Shown here: positions 50,065 to 63,184 of the stretch, one piece after another
How positions within the stretch are numbered: position 1 is the stretch's first letter
How the letters are laid out: each line of letters opens with the position of its first letter
From: Mytilus trossulus
Taxonomy: Eukaryota
DNA: 64,000 nucleotides
Direction of reading: 5' to 3'
Assembly: GCF_036588685.1 (NCBI RefSeq)
Contig: NC_086378.1
Location: 66,340,001 to 66,404,000 of the forward strand
Notes under the pieces: model-generated
What the model was told of the DNA's origin: nothing
The model's database searches: none
What the model saw: the letters and a program-made list of their open reading frames with translations, nothing else
Made by a program: the position numbers and the translations under genes

Positions 50065-51216
50065 TTATCCAGCGTTGACTTGTGGATGAAATCGACCAAT
50101 AAACAAGATGAGACCAGATTTGACATCTCTGACGTAAAACAAAAATGGTCTATTGGCTGTAAATTCTAAGCCTCCACCACTTTTAAAACCTACTCCAAAG
50201 ACTGTGCCAGCTGCTCCCTCCACTCCTGCTTCGTTCAAGTTGAAGACGGCTTTATGAACAGCAACCTTGACGAATAAATTGGGTGTCTTCTCAACAATAA
50301 GATTCGTGAAGTTAGCCTTCAACTCGTCAAATATTTCTGTAACTCCAAGTTTTGGTAATTCTACTTTTAGATCAAACTCAGACTGTAATTTAAACTTTGG
50401 GATGGTGATACTATTGAATCTGTTTTTAAATCCAGAGGAAATCGTTTTTAGGAATTTCGGTGTAATTTTAGTCTCAATATTCTGTAGTCCCACGTTTTCA
50501 TCTGGTAAAATGAATACCATATCGAAGTTTCCTCCAGTGAATGGTAACGCAATCGCGGTTAAGTCTTGTCCTTTAAAATATGGAACAGCTGTTCGTATGT
50601 TCATCATGTCAACTTCAATTGTTTTTTTGAAAGGGAGGTAAAACTTTCCTTTTCTTGTGTTTTTCGGTGAAAATTGTTTCTCCCATGTTGCTTTAAAATA
50701 TATTGCATTTACAATGAACATTACCATATCTGAATCTATCCATTCCTCCTTGATCAAATCCTTTATTTTGCCGTTTGTATGTTTTGACACCCATCTGTTC
50801 ATGATCATTGCAGATGCCTTGGGTGTTGTAAAATCTTTTAAGCTGATATCAGCTCCAAAGTATTGTTTTGCTTTTTCTCGGACATTCTGCAATACTGTGA
50901 ATTGGTTATTTACAAAAAGCCTATTTGCACTAGCCAAACTTACATTTACACCAGCTTGTTGAATTATGTAGCTGTTTAGGGACTTGTGATATCTCAACTT
51001 TTCCTCCTCTGAAAATACACTATTTTGAAAAAGAGCAGATGAAATTTGTTGTTTTGATCGTCCGCTTGCCCCAACCATCAACAGTAGAAACGCTGCTGTG
51101 ATACTATACGGTGACATACATAAACTCTCTTGCTTGTTTAATCCTTGATACAAAGATGTCGAAAATTCAATTAAACTTTGTTGATAGTCAATAGGAATAT
51201 CTACTAACGAAGCCAT
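50065..51216 (-). CDS. Serpin paralog 3 (more diverged), P1 Lys
   Basis: 383-aa ORF with serpin motifs, reactive loop VFGVGFK|SG and FTANRPFLF. Acceptor AG at 51246-51247. Confidence 0.95.
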   Translation of the reverse strand: MASLVDIPIDYQQSLIEFSTSLYQGLNKQESLCMSPYSITAAFLLLMVGASGRSKQQISSALFQNSVFSEEEKLRYHKSLNSYIIQQAGVNVSLASANRLFVNNQFTVLQNVREKAKQYFGADISLKDFTTPKASAMIMNRWVSKHTNGKIKDLIKEEWIDSDMVMFIVNAIYFKATWEKQFSPKNTRKGKFYLPFKKTIEVDMMNIRTAVPYFKGQDLTAIALPFTGGNFDMVFILPDENVGLQNIETKITPKFLKTISSGFKNRFNSITIPKFKLQSEFDLKVELPKLGVTEIFDELKANFTNLIVEKTPNLFVKVAVHKAVFNLNEAGVEGAAGTVFGVGFKSGGGLEFTANRPFLFYVRDVKSGLILFIGRFHPQVNAG

Positions 51217-52734
51217 TATTTCAGTCCTGTAGATGTAGTGTGATACTGAAATATCAGACTGCAGACAAAGTCCTATTACATGTGTACATTAAATGCAAAT
51301 TGTATGTAAATAGAACAAGCTTCCAACAAAATACAATATTTTTACTGAAATGCGCAATCTGGATTAACCTTTTTTATTCATAAATAGCTTATAAAAATAT
51401 GTTGTATATATGTTTTATAATACGCAGTAGTTGTCACGTTCGTTGTCGAGGACATTATGCGGTTTACCAGTTTTTACTTTGTTTGTCCGTTTAAATCGTG
51501 ACAAATATCCTGATTATTTTTCTTGTCATTTGTCAAATTTAAAATTTAGATACGCAAATGCAATTTTAGTGATTTCGTTATTATTTTTCTTTTACTTACA
51601 GAAGTCAAATATTTGATTATGCAATGGATTTAAGCATCTAGTTTTACTTCCGCATTTACATGTAGAAAAAGAGTTTAAAGATCTAAACTCTGAGGTTACT
51701 TCAAAACGGAAAGCCCCTTATCAAAACCTAAGCAAAACAAACAACATAAACGCACCAAACAAACGAATAACAACTGTCATATTTCTGACTTGGTACAAGC
51801 ATTTCTTGTGGCGGATTAAAACTTGATTTAAAGCTAGCTACACCTCTTACATTTGAATGACAGTTGCATCAAATTCAAATATATTGACATTATATTTCAG
51901 TATATGTGTTTTAATGCCATATAAACAAGTTCTAAGTTATATCTGGCAAATGATTACACAATGACATCTAAGATCGTATGGTAGCATATCACTGTTTGAC
52001 GTTCATCCATTGAACTCTAGTGGAAAGATGTCACATTAGCAATAGTACCGCGTCTCTTTTAATCGTATGCAGTTGTCTGAACTTTGTAATGTAAAATCCA
52101 TTCACAATTCAATCATTCCAACAACCATAAGGCACATGGCATAAAATGTTTAAAAAAGAACACATACATGTATATAAAAAAAGAATGTCAATTCGGATGG
52201 ACTACTTAATAACTTCAATTAATAACTAACTAAAAAAGAATTTCTGAAATTAAAACTGTATGTTAGTATTTTCATCTGTGGTACATGTGTTTATTTAAAT
52301 GTTTGTCTTATTAGGATCATCGCAGATCTTGACTTCAACCTTATAAATAATTTAAACAACCCGGTTATTTATTTGTAAGATGGCATGTTTAGGTTTCAAC
52401 ATGCTAAAGACGCGTATAAAAGGATGTATTTAAGATTAAGGCCTGAGGTATTGACTGAACATGAACGATTATTATAATAAATTTAGATATCTATTATTTG
52501 AGTGATATGAAAAGCGATGGTGATTGTGGTTAAAAATGATGTTTTAAAAACCAACGTCACCGATGATCAACTTCTCTTTTTTTTATAAACAGTAAAATGT
52601 ATTGAAAAAAAATCCCATTATGTCGTCCATATAGATATATCCCTAATGCGCCTAAAATTGATGAATACAAAAGTTGTACGTAAAACAAACAAAAAATATC
52701 TGAGTAGTATTATTGGACATGTTTCAATTCTTAA

Positions 52735-53394
52735 AGGGGCACTAGCTGTCAAAAAAAAATATAACAATTTAAAACATTTATCCAAACTACTAAAATTCTA
52801 CATAAAACAATAAACAAGGCACAGGCATGGAAATACGTATCTTCGTTTCTTGTAAATTTGAGTCTAGACGCCATCTAATTATTTATCGAGTTGACCTCTA
52901 TAGTTATTCGATGACCATATATTAAAGCGATGTAAACATAAATATAGATGAATAGATTAAGCAAACACGTGCTGTTGAATTATTCTAGGTCTATTTTATT
53001 TCATATTACAGGTAAAAAATAAATGTTTATCATCGTTTTCATCTGTATTAGAATGTTTATTTGTGGATCCAATCAGTCAATCAAATGATTTTCCTTTGTT
53101 TCATTTTCAATGTTGACATTCTTTACCTTTAAAAAACTTTTCACATACAATTCACGTGTTATCCATCTCAAGCTATGGGGTTAAATTAAAGTTCACATGA
53201 ATACGGATTCCATGAGGTCGAGTTATTCACTTGCAAGTGAATAATTCATAACCAATGTTCATTGCTTATTTTGAAAAAAAAAGAACCATATTGGCTCCTA
53301 AAAAGGAATTATTATTTTACTTTTTGTATTTCTTTACTTATTGAGCCAAAAAATAATATTTAAGGTTTTCCATACACTCGTAGCTAGTGCCCCT
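52735..53394. mobile_element. MITE with TTAA TSD (Kolobok-like non-autonomous), second family
   Basis: TTAA|AGGGGCACTAGCT ... AGCTAGTGCCCCT|TTAA: 13-bp perfect TIR with purine-purine 5' termini. Confidence 0.88.
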
Positions 53395-55418
53395 TTAACA
53401 AGTGACTGATCATAACTATTTGTGTTGACTTGGAAAGAAAAGGACCAAGGAATAAATGTGTAAAGGCTATGGAGTTAATAAAGGTATAGAAAGTATTAAA
53501 ATTTCAAAGAACTTATTGTGTGAAAAAAAGAGATTTTTTTACCACGAGGAGCCGCATCACGAAAAGATTTTCGGGTGTGCTAATTTATGGAATTTCGAAA
53601 TTCCGACAATTTAACCTCATATGTAAAAATGTCTCAGCTTCGAAAAGAACCACCATAGTTTACAATACGGCCTAAGCTACAGAAGAAAATGTAACCATTA
53701 CCGCCTTTGGAAAATCAATTTCGCATACCGACTTATTTACTGTACTTTTAACATTAATTCAAATAGGTCATGTTCAAAACGAATAAGTCATGAATATATA
53801 ATAAGATTGAATAAATGTAAATTTACACGGAAGTGCTTTATCAAAATATACATAAACAACAAAACTGTTCACTTTGCGGAAATAAGTCGAATAGGATTAC
53901 ATGCAGCCTCTTAAAAATGCACGTATTTATTAAAAAAAAAGTAATAAAAAAAACATTTTGATATTATGTTAGAGTAATGAATTTTTGCATGATTAAACTG
54001 ATCACGCAGTTTAAAAAACTTATATGCATAAGAAATCATAAAATTAATACTGTTAATATATATGCAATGTAAACCTTCCGATTCCGTTACATTTGTTGAG
54101 ATGTATGTACTTATTTACATCAGGAGCATCAAGCAGTTTATTGGTGTGTTGATTAACTCACAGACTAAATACAATTCTTGATAATTCGTGTACAGTTTCT
54201 GAGTCAGCAGTCCAGTTTACAACCCAATATGAGGTTAACCGTATAATTCTCAACCCAATATGTTTCCTTCTAAATCAATGTATCTTTTCGTGTAAATCAC
54301 GAATGTAATGATGCACATATCTCACTGATATTAGGGTAACTAATTCATGAAAGTAGTTTTGGTAACTGTCATATTTCTGACTAGAAACAGACTTTTGTTT
54401 ATTTGCGGATTATACATGGATGTATAGCTAGCTAAACCTCTCATTTGTATGACAGTCGCGAATAATTCCATTATATTGACAACAATGGGTGAAGAAAACA
54501 AATGGACATAATAGGTAAAAATGTCAAAAATAGGAGTACAGCAGTCAACATTTTGTTATAATCTTAATCGCTATAAGAGATACAAATATGTCAGCAAAGA
54601 AACACCAAAGGGCAATCGTACGGCCTTCAACAATGAGAAAACCCAAAGATTCTTTTAATAAGTAGTCGTTTTAATTTTACCATCGTTTACACATTTCATC
54701 AATCATATTTCTTTCTGTTCATATGAATCATTATCATGCAAACAAAGCACAAGAAAACTTTCATGTATTCATGCCTTAGAAAGAAAAGAAATATTAAAAC
54801 AGTGAAATACACTAAAAAGGTGAGGAACACAATCGGTTGCTTGCACGACCATTCAGAACTCATTCCTGTAGCATCAACATTTTGGTAAGCAATGTGCACA
54901 ACTATCTTTTGCAGTTTTTAAATTACTTACAGTCTTCGGGTAAGTTAAGAATTACTTTGAATAACCAATCCATTATTGCTTTATGACTACTTACTTGTTT
55001 CACTTATCGACTTATAATAATGGAGTAACAGGACTGGTGTCAAAATTCGAGCAGAATCTAATTACCCTCCGGATCTAATGAAACAACCGGTATTGTTCAT
55101 TCTATGCTGTGTTGTATTCTGTAGAGTGCTGCTTTTCTTTTTGTCGTTTATCCTTTTTTTTTGCCATGGTGTTGACAGTATCATTGCGGATTTATATATG
55201 TTTTGAATGACTTTTTCAATTACTGTTACCTCCTTTTGTTTTACAAAAAGCAATTAAGCTTTAAGACACTTGATACCAAGCAAAATGTACTACAACAATT
55301 AAAAAAAAAACATGCTACCAAAAGCAAACTTTCTTCTAGATTATATCTTTGTCTCTTAAAATTTCACCAACAGTAAATTGAAATTTTGAGAGTCCATATA
55401 AAAACTAGATGTGGTCTA

Positions 55419-55607
55419 CTGTAAACCAACTTATTTTTGCGAGCGGAAAAAAAACCGCATATAAATCGTCGCTAATATGTAAAACTTGGACCATTCTTTA
55501 TTGATCTTGATCAAGCAAGTCGGAAATTCGCGAAATGAAATAGCCGCGAAGTGGTTTACAAAGGGTAAAACGCGAAATTAAGTATCCGCGATAATGAGTT
55601 GGTTTAG
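55419..55607. mobile_element. Short MITE
   Basis: TA|CTGTAAACCAACT ... AGTTGGTTTA inverted ends, with internal CGCGAA repeats. Confidence 0.55.
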
Positions 55608-55833
55608 TTATTGCCAATGATACATCTGTGCATCAGAGACTGTATGGCGTAGAAGTAAGAACTATAGTTCACCTTGTGGCCTTCAACAATGAATTTCATT
55701 CATTGACATATATATTAACGTATAGTTGATATGAAAGAATTTATTTGAAAACCATTTTAATAATCTTTAATGTAACGCAAAAGTCTTCAAACTGTTTTGA
55801 CATCTTGACGTCTGTGTAGTGGGTAGTCTCATT

Positions 55834-58800
55834 TCACAGATAAGATGATTTCTCAAATGCTTCGTTGTCCTTTCCATTAACAGCATGTTTTTGTTTACTC
55901 GTTTCCATAGTATCACTCAAAACTCTCTCTTTGGTATCGGGAACACAGGCAACACAAACTGCAGACAACAGCATCAAACCACCACACAGGAAATACATTA
56001 CTCCAGTTGTACTTTGACTCTGGTGGAAAAAAAACTGCTTGTTTAAATTTCAACACATTGACTACTTCACAGAAAAATATTCTGGTCAGGATGTATAAAA
56101 ATATCGGTGTCCAACTTCCGGCGTTTGTTTTCCGTTCTATTTCTTTTTTGTTAGTGCTTTTTTCGACTTGGTTTGAATTGTGTTTGTTAGTGGTATTTGC
56201 TTCATTCGTTTCATATTGTTTTTGTTTTCATTTTTTATGCACATAATGTTTTTGTTTTTATTTTTTATGCAAATTTTGTTTTGTTTACTTTTTTTAGATT
56301 TTTTGTAAGCATTGTCTTACGTTATCATTTCGCCTTTGACTTGTATTTTCGGGAGAGGGTAAGTATTTGTAATATTTAAATTTTATAAGGTTATAGATCA
56401 GTTAAGAAATCACTGAGCAGGTGTTTTACTAGCATCCTGTCCTATGCATGAACAAATATAGAAACAACATGAAAATACTGCCCCAGAACCATTCGATCTT
56501 TCAATTACACTTTATAGTTGAATATGCTATCTTGCTATGAACATGGTAATTGAAATTAAACTTTGACTAGAAAAAGAGCTGTTCTTGTCGAGAGTTTTTG
56601 TGTTACAGTTGTTGAATATATTTTACAAAAAACATTCGTCATCAGTAGAATCGGTTGACATGCTTTTTTGATATTTGCAAAAAAAAACAAACCAAACAGG
56701 TTCTTCCTGTGTTTGTAGCAGACATCTGGGAATGTAACAATCTTGATATGTTTATACATACCACATAGACTATCTGGGGTGCAACCATTGCACCAATACG
56801 TGCAACTGTATTCTGTATACCATAACCTATGTTTCTGTCGATATATTAATAAAACTTGATGATAATTATCATTTGAACAATGCGGATCTGAAATAGTATT
56901 TTGAATAGCTATCAATTCATAACAAGTCTCAATCTGTAATAGGTTCATAAAAAATTATACCAAAATTGGAAAATAAATTCATGTAAATTTAAAACTTGGT
57001 TTTTGTGAACGCGAAAAGGAATAGTCCAAGATTCGTAGTGGCTTATTTGTAATTGCCAAAACAAATCCGTCAAATCGTTCAAAATATTTTGTAGTTTGTC
57101 TCATCTCATATCAACCATTAAATTAAATGTACCAATACATAAATTAATTGCATTAAGCAGATCCGATCGCATTGCTTGGCCACCGTTACCTTTTCTATCA
57201 CGATTATTTTTCTAGGTTAATTGAATGACAGCACCTGTCATTTATGCGAAGATTGTTATTTCAAGTCAACTGATTCTTTATTACATATCAACTGTAATGT
57301 AGGACGCTAGTCCAATGTTTAGAACATGTGACCTTAAAAATACGAAACAATTTCGTTAAGTTTATCAGGTAACGTGGAAACCGAGGTATGATATTAATAA
57401 TATGTAACGTAGGGATTGACTGGTCATGCACTTCAAGGTAATTGGTTGGTGTCCTTGATATAACAACTATTGCTCGAGGTGAATCCGAGGGCAATTGTTG
57501 GTGTCAAAGAAAATATCAAATTTTACTTGTATGCTTATACCAGGACTGCCGTTAAGTGCTTTATTTAGTAAATTCTGGAATGCAAATACTACCGTACGTG
57601 CAACCGTAAGGTTCATCATAACAAATGGCAAAATTTCAGGTGTTTGTTTATTTTTTACACCTTCTATAGGAAGAGAAAAAAATTCCAGTAAAATCCAAAA
57701 AAGATTTCATCTGTCTGAAATGCTAAATATATTTAACTTTTATATATCTAGTGGATGCTAGGCCTTAAAACTTTCAAAACGGCACAGGTAAGTCTGCACA
57801 CGGAGTATTTTTTTAGTTAAAATATGCGGCCATATTTGTTCATTTGTTATGATGAAAGTTAAGTTTACTTAGTTAAAAATGTACGTGTTACAAGTTTATA
57901 CACATTATTAAAATTGAGAATGGAAATGGGGAATGTGTCAAAGAGACAACAACCCGACCAAACCGGTTGAATATGATTATATATAGTAAGGAGCATATTT
58001 ATTAAGACATGCTTATAAAAAAAGAGATATGGTATTATTGCCAATGAGACAACTATCCACAAACGACCAAAATGACACAAACATAAACAACTATAGGCCT
58101 TTAACAATGAGCAAAGTCCATACCGCATAGTCAGCTATACAAGGACCCGATAAGACAATGTAAAACTATTCAAACAAGAAAACTAACGGCCTGATTTATG
58201 TAAAAAAAACTGAACGAAAAACAAATATGTAACACATAAACAAACGACAACCACTGAATTACAGGCTCCTGACTTGGGACAGGCACATACATTAATAATG
58301 TGGCGGGGTTAAACATGCTAGCGGGATCCCAACCCTCCCCCTAACCTGAGACAGTGGTATAACAGTACAACATAAGAACAAACGCCAACGCCCAGATTAT
58401 TTACCTGACAACTGTTGGATATGATTCTGTAGTGAGGAGCATGAGACATGCCCAGCCTGCTCCAACGCCTAGCTTGGACGCCAAAGCAAAACCATTTATT
58501 AAACCAAACTTATATTGTGTAGCTAGAAAAAAGTCTAAACTATAAACAAAGACATTATAAATACACGGATTAAACTTTTTACGACAGACGCGCGTTTTGT
58601 CTGCGAAAGACGGAGTAGTGACGATAGAATAATTAAAATACAGTTAAACTGTTAAACACTACAAATTAAGATCGAAATCTAAGTGTTCAGGACTCAAACA
58701 ATAATAAAATTTTATTCTAGTAAATGAATGAAAACAAAATGAAAAAATAAACTTTTGTTTATATGTTACGCACGTAATATATTTTAAATGCGGTGCTCAT

Positions 58801-61800
58801 TTATTTGTTAAGTAAATGTTTATAACATAATCAGTATATGAATTAAAAATAAAGAAGTGTTTCTCTTAAATACAGCAGTTTCTTCAAACTAATAATAGCT
58901 ACAGAAATATTCGAGTCAGAAAATAACGCATTCTTATATTCTTAGTAAATAGACAACAGTATTTTGCCAAACACTTCTGTGTGGGTTTCATTTTTTTTTT
59001 ATAATTAATTTTAACGACTGAATGGTTTTCGCTTACCAATAATTTGTACGACTCCTACGCTGGTACCAGTAGCAGCAACAAATAGAAAGAACATGAAAGT
59101 TGTCCACTTACGTCCAATACTAAAAGTAGATTAAATACAAGCAAAACAATTTATGTATATTTGGAATATAAATATCATTTGCAAATGTATGGTGTTAAAA
59201 ATTGATTTATTTTGCTCGAAGTCCATTGCAAGACTACAAATCAGATTAAAAGTAAACTACATATTCAATTTCACGTATATACAAATCTTTGTCTTAAAGA
59301 AGTTTCATTATGTAGTCAATTAAAGAGACGCGACAGACACCATGCAAGGTCACATTCGGGGGGAGGACGGTTTTGAATTAAGACATTTGGAACATATTCG
59401 CTATCATTTGTAAAAGCCGATATTCCATAACGATCAAGCAAATCGTAATGGTGTACGGGAAATAACTTATGAATTATAACAACTTTATCCCTTGGAACTT
59501 ATCAGTTTTATATAGCATCCATGTGAGCAGTAACTCTCTATCAAGGAAATCATGATAGGAAATATACAAGCCCTGGAATATCGTATCAACTGGTATATAT
59601 GTACTCCGTATGCAGGTGCTGCTGAAATGTTGCTTCATAGAAAGGGTGTGAATTATAGTTAGATTTGATGACAAATAGAAATTGTCTGTATACGTGAATG
59701 TTCTTGTTTCATGATGGTTCACTGAAGACCTGCAACGAAGGAGCAAAGGTTGACAAATCAATATTGTTACACTTCAGAAAGGCCCGATCGAGAATGAATT
59801 TAATTTCTCCTTCAAATACTCATATTTATAGGAAATGTCTTTTCAACGTATGCTCTCTTTAAATAGAGACCAGTCGTACCATACAAGGACACATTCCTAG
59901 CATATTGCCGGTAAAAGATTTAAAGACGGACAATAACAATTATGTTTATAAATATGTGTTTAAAATTTACATTTAAGTATTGAATGCTTCTTTTTGTAAA
60001 TTTATTGGGGCGTAAAAGCGTTGACCGAAGTACATTTTGTATGACGCACGGTCAACGCTTTTACAACCCTATAAAGTTTCAAAAAGAAGCATTCAATACT
60101 TATAATTACATTTTTTAGCTATGATCATGAAAACAGGAATTTTACAATTTTTGTAGTTTATTCACCTGTGCACTTTATTGTGGGACCACGTGTTATCATG
60201 AATGAAATTTTTTATTGAGTGATGCAATTGCTGACGGAATAACATGTGATGTGCAGTTAACCAATCAAAATAAAGTATTATAATGAAACATACATCTAAT
60301 GTAATTATACTTAAATCTAATTTCATCTAAACATTTTCAATTTATTGTCAGGTATTAAAGTAGTTAAAAATGAAGTTGAAACAATGTTCTATACAGGTTT
60401 TTGGCAAACATTTTTTCCCACATTATAACTCCTATAGTTTTCAAACTTACTAATTAGCAATCTTAAACTTACCAGTGATTAAAAAACCAAGCTAACAATA
60501 AGGACGGTACTTCTACGATACTTAGTAAAAACATATTCAGATACAAACTTCCGGACAGCTGCTGGACACCGAACGATATGGCATAATATGTATAACCGCA
60601 TGAAATCCTTAAAAAGATAAATAAATTTTAAAAATTTTCATACATTAATTGAAGCAATTTATATTTGATTTACAGTACTACTTAAGTTTTTTTTTTATTG
60701 TAACGATGTGTTTCATTTGTAACTTTACATTATTTCAAATTAACCAAAATATATTTGATTTTGCAGAACGTTTTTTTTTTTACAGCAATTGTGCCATTAA
60801 GCTGTCAATTGATATTGTCCATATACAATGTATCTATTTGTGATATTTAAATGTGTATGACGTAGAGAATATCTATCTGTCACAGTGATTTTCGTAGGTT
60901 TTTTTGTGTGTGAAACGTCACTAAAGAATACAGGTTCGCGGAAATCTCATAACGCATACTATTTTTGATCCAACTGCGAAAAAAATATTTCCAGACATCT
61001 TTTTATTAAGTGGAATATTTTTAGGGTGCTGTCTCGTTGTCATAAATGCCAATAAGTATTCCATTCATGGAAACAGAAAAGACGTCTATCTTATTTTAAC
61101 TGTGTTATTTGGGAAATGACGTTTTGTCTTATTATCTTTTTGACATTTCCTTATTCCTACCATCCCACAGCCAGTAACATACTCCTCTTTAGTAAATCTG
61201 GATTCTTCAATACATCAAAATAAGTGTAATTGGTATTGTCTTGAGGCAAAGATTTCACAAGCATCTTTAGTCTGGATGTGTCTGGAAATGGATTTCCGTT
61301 AAATTTGGCGATCTTTCTGATAACCTCTTCTGCTTTCTCGACTTGATCGTTAGCGACTAACCATCGGAAGCTCTCCGGTATCAACCTAAAACACATTTAA
61401 TATCTAAACTGTGAATAATGGTTTCCTATCCTTGCATGGTCGGATAATAAAGCAAACATCTTAATATGTCCATCTGTTGAATTAAACAGTTAGTATCAAA
61501 AATCAGACTAAATAAACAATATACATAAAATGTATATCCAAACTATAATTACATGACGTACACTTTAATGACGTTACGTCACGAGTTATCGTTCCTGCTG
61601 TTGTCGGACAAACAGTTGGTAAAACAAACGAAGATATTTTTTAGATTTCTGAATTATATAAATGAGGGTATACTAGGTTTGGCTTACAGAATAGAGAATA
61701 ATGAGCAAAAACAATAAAAAATAGGAAATATAGGATGCTATAAAATTAAGAATAGACAATAACAAGCAAGAAATATAAATTATAGAGAGCATTGTTCAAA

Positions 61801-63184
61801 ATATTTTAAATGATTATTTTTTGTTTGTTTGTTTAAAATAATACATTACCACCATGTGAATAGCAGAGGAAATGTCACAGCAGCTGTAGCTATGTGTAAA
61901 TAAAACCAATCATGGATAAGATACGAAACTCCTCCGTAACTGGCAGCAAATATTGACCATATTGGAATAGCCAAAAGCATAGGTCTATATTTCCCGGTAA
62001 CAAATTCTATCTTGTATGTTAGATGCACCGTTAAATATATACCACATCCAATTCCAATAAAAAATCGCATAACGGCAAACATTTGCCAATTAACTGAAAA
62101 AGCTGCGATGAGATTTGAAACTATTAAAACAAGCAATGACAAAAAGAATGTCGGTTTTCTGCCAAATCTATCACCAAACTGTCCTGCTGCCAAACTACCC
62201 ACAAGTAAACCTCCCATTTGAATCGTTGTTATAGTTTGAGTAATATAATCCAGATCACAAACAAGATAGAACTGAAACAGAACAACGAAAATAATGTTTT
62301 TAAACTTTAAATAGTTAACAATGGCTCATCTTCGCTAGCTAAGGATTATGCTCCACTCCCCTATGCCTCCTCTCTTGTCTGGCACATTTTGATTAAAAAT
62401 AAATGCTTTCCATTGTATGAACTTTTCTTTGTTTTTTTGTTTTGTTTTTTGTTTTTTTCAATAACAGGAAGTTATACAGATATAGGAAGATGTGATATGA
62501 GTGCTAATGAGACAACACTCCATCTAAGTAACAATTTATAAAAATAAGCCATAATAGGTCAAGGTAGGGCCTTCAACACGAAGCCTTGGCTCACAATGAA
62601 CAGCAATCTATAAAGGGCCCCACAAATTACTAGTGTAAAACCATTCATACTGGAATATACATGTTTTTGTTTACTCTGTTTAAATTTCAAATATATTTCA
62701 ATTGATTCAAACATTCTTGATTTGATGACTCATCTTATAGGATAAAAAGATAGTTTTTAATAAACAACATAAAGTTTTAAAACTAGCAAGATGGTCCATA
62801 ATACTGCTTACTCATTGTACTAAAAATGTATTATGATAACGAATTCTTTCCATTTATAATCTGTTTCAAAATACGTACCTCGCTTACAATAGTATTAAGA
62901 GATGGATCGAAAACTTTACGTAGACAGCTCAAATCGCTATGATTACTAGGTGGGCTACAGGTTTGCTCTTGTGTACCGTTTATATGCACAATGTTTGAAG
63001 TCTGGTTCCCCCATTCACATGACCAGTTTGGTATTGCTCCTCCAAAGGTCATCATAAGAATACTCCAGGCAGTAGATATTTCTCCAAGAGAAAGACTGCC
63101 CACCACTAAAAGCTGGAAAACTCCAAAGCCCCCACATTTCACTAATGTTTCTTCTAGAAAGGAACTTAGTTCTACGGCGGACAT
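55834..63184 (-). CDS. SLC22-family organic cation/anion transporter (MFS); exons 63184-62879, 62271-61850, 61385-61161, 60607-60473, 59119-59037, 58522-58405, 56834-56762, 56019-55834; 515 aa
   Basis: Eight GT..AG exons join in phase (1548 nt). Motifs: GGFGVFQ, TIVSEFYLVCD, GDRFGRK, IPESFRWL, GSLYLN, IGRK, ESYPTVVRNIGYG, ARIGAMVAP, PDTK. The protein ends in SSYL*. Confidence 0.93.
58018..58380. repeat. Interspersed SINE-like repeat (other copies ~7915-8210, 25385-25680, 62485-62650, 55610-55690, and reverse at ~16010-16165 and 33105-33260)
   Basis: Shared blocks TGCCAATGAGACAAC, GCCTTCAACA, ACAAACGACAACCACTGAA and CTGACTTGGGACAGG. Confidence 0.6.
58581..58624 (-). repeat. Decayed hammerhead remnant in SLC22 intron
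   Basis: Reverse complement TCGTCA-ctactcc-GTCT(TTCGC)AGAC-aaaACGCGCGTC-TGTCGT: stems retained, catalytic core destroyed. Confidence 0.6.
59340..59635 (-). mobile_element. Family P1 fragment in SLC22 intron
   Basis: SNISAAPAYGVHIYQLIRYSRACIFPIM/YHDFLDRELLLT. Confidence 0.65.
59974..60309. mobile_element. Non-coding element with internal complement of its joined termini (family 2)
   Basis: Left end TAAGTATTGAATGCTTCTTTTTG; internal CAAAAAGAAGCATTCAATACTTATAATTACATT (60080-60112); right end AATGTAATTATA. Confidence 0.78.

Noticed and set aside
36422-51216. Horizontal transfer or retrocopy origin of the serpins because the CDS has no introns
   Set aside because: A conserved 5'UTR splice acceptor and duplicated flanks indicate DNA-level tandem duplication of a native gene. 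No poly(A) or TSD hallmarks are present.
57150-57850. GC-richer intronic block in SLC22, possibly a DNA transposon
   Set aside because: No terminal repeats, target duplication or second copy could be identified by eye.
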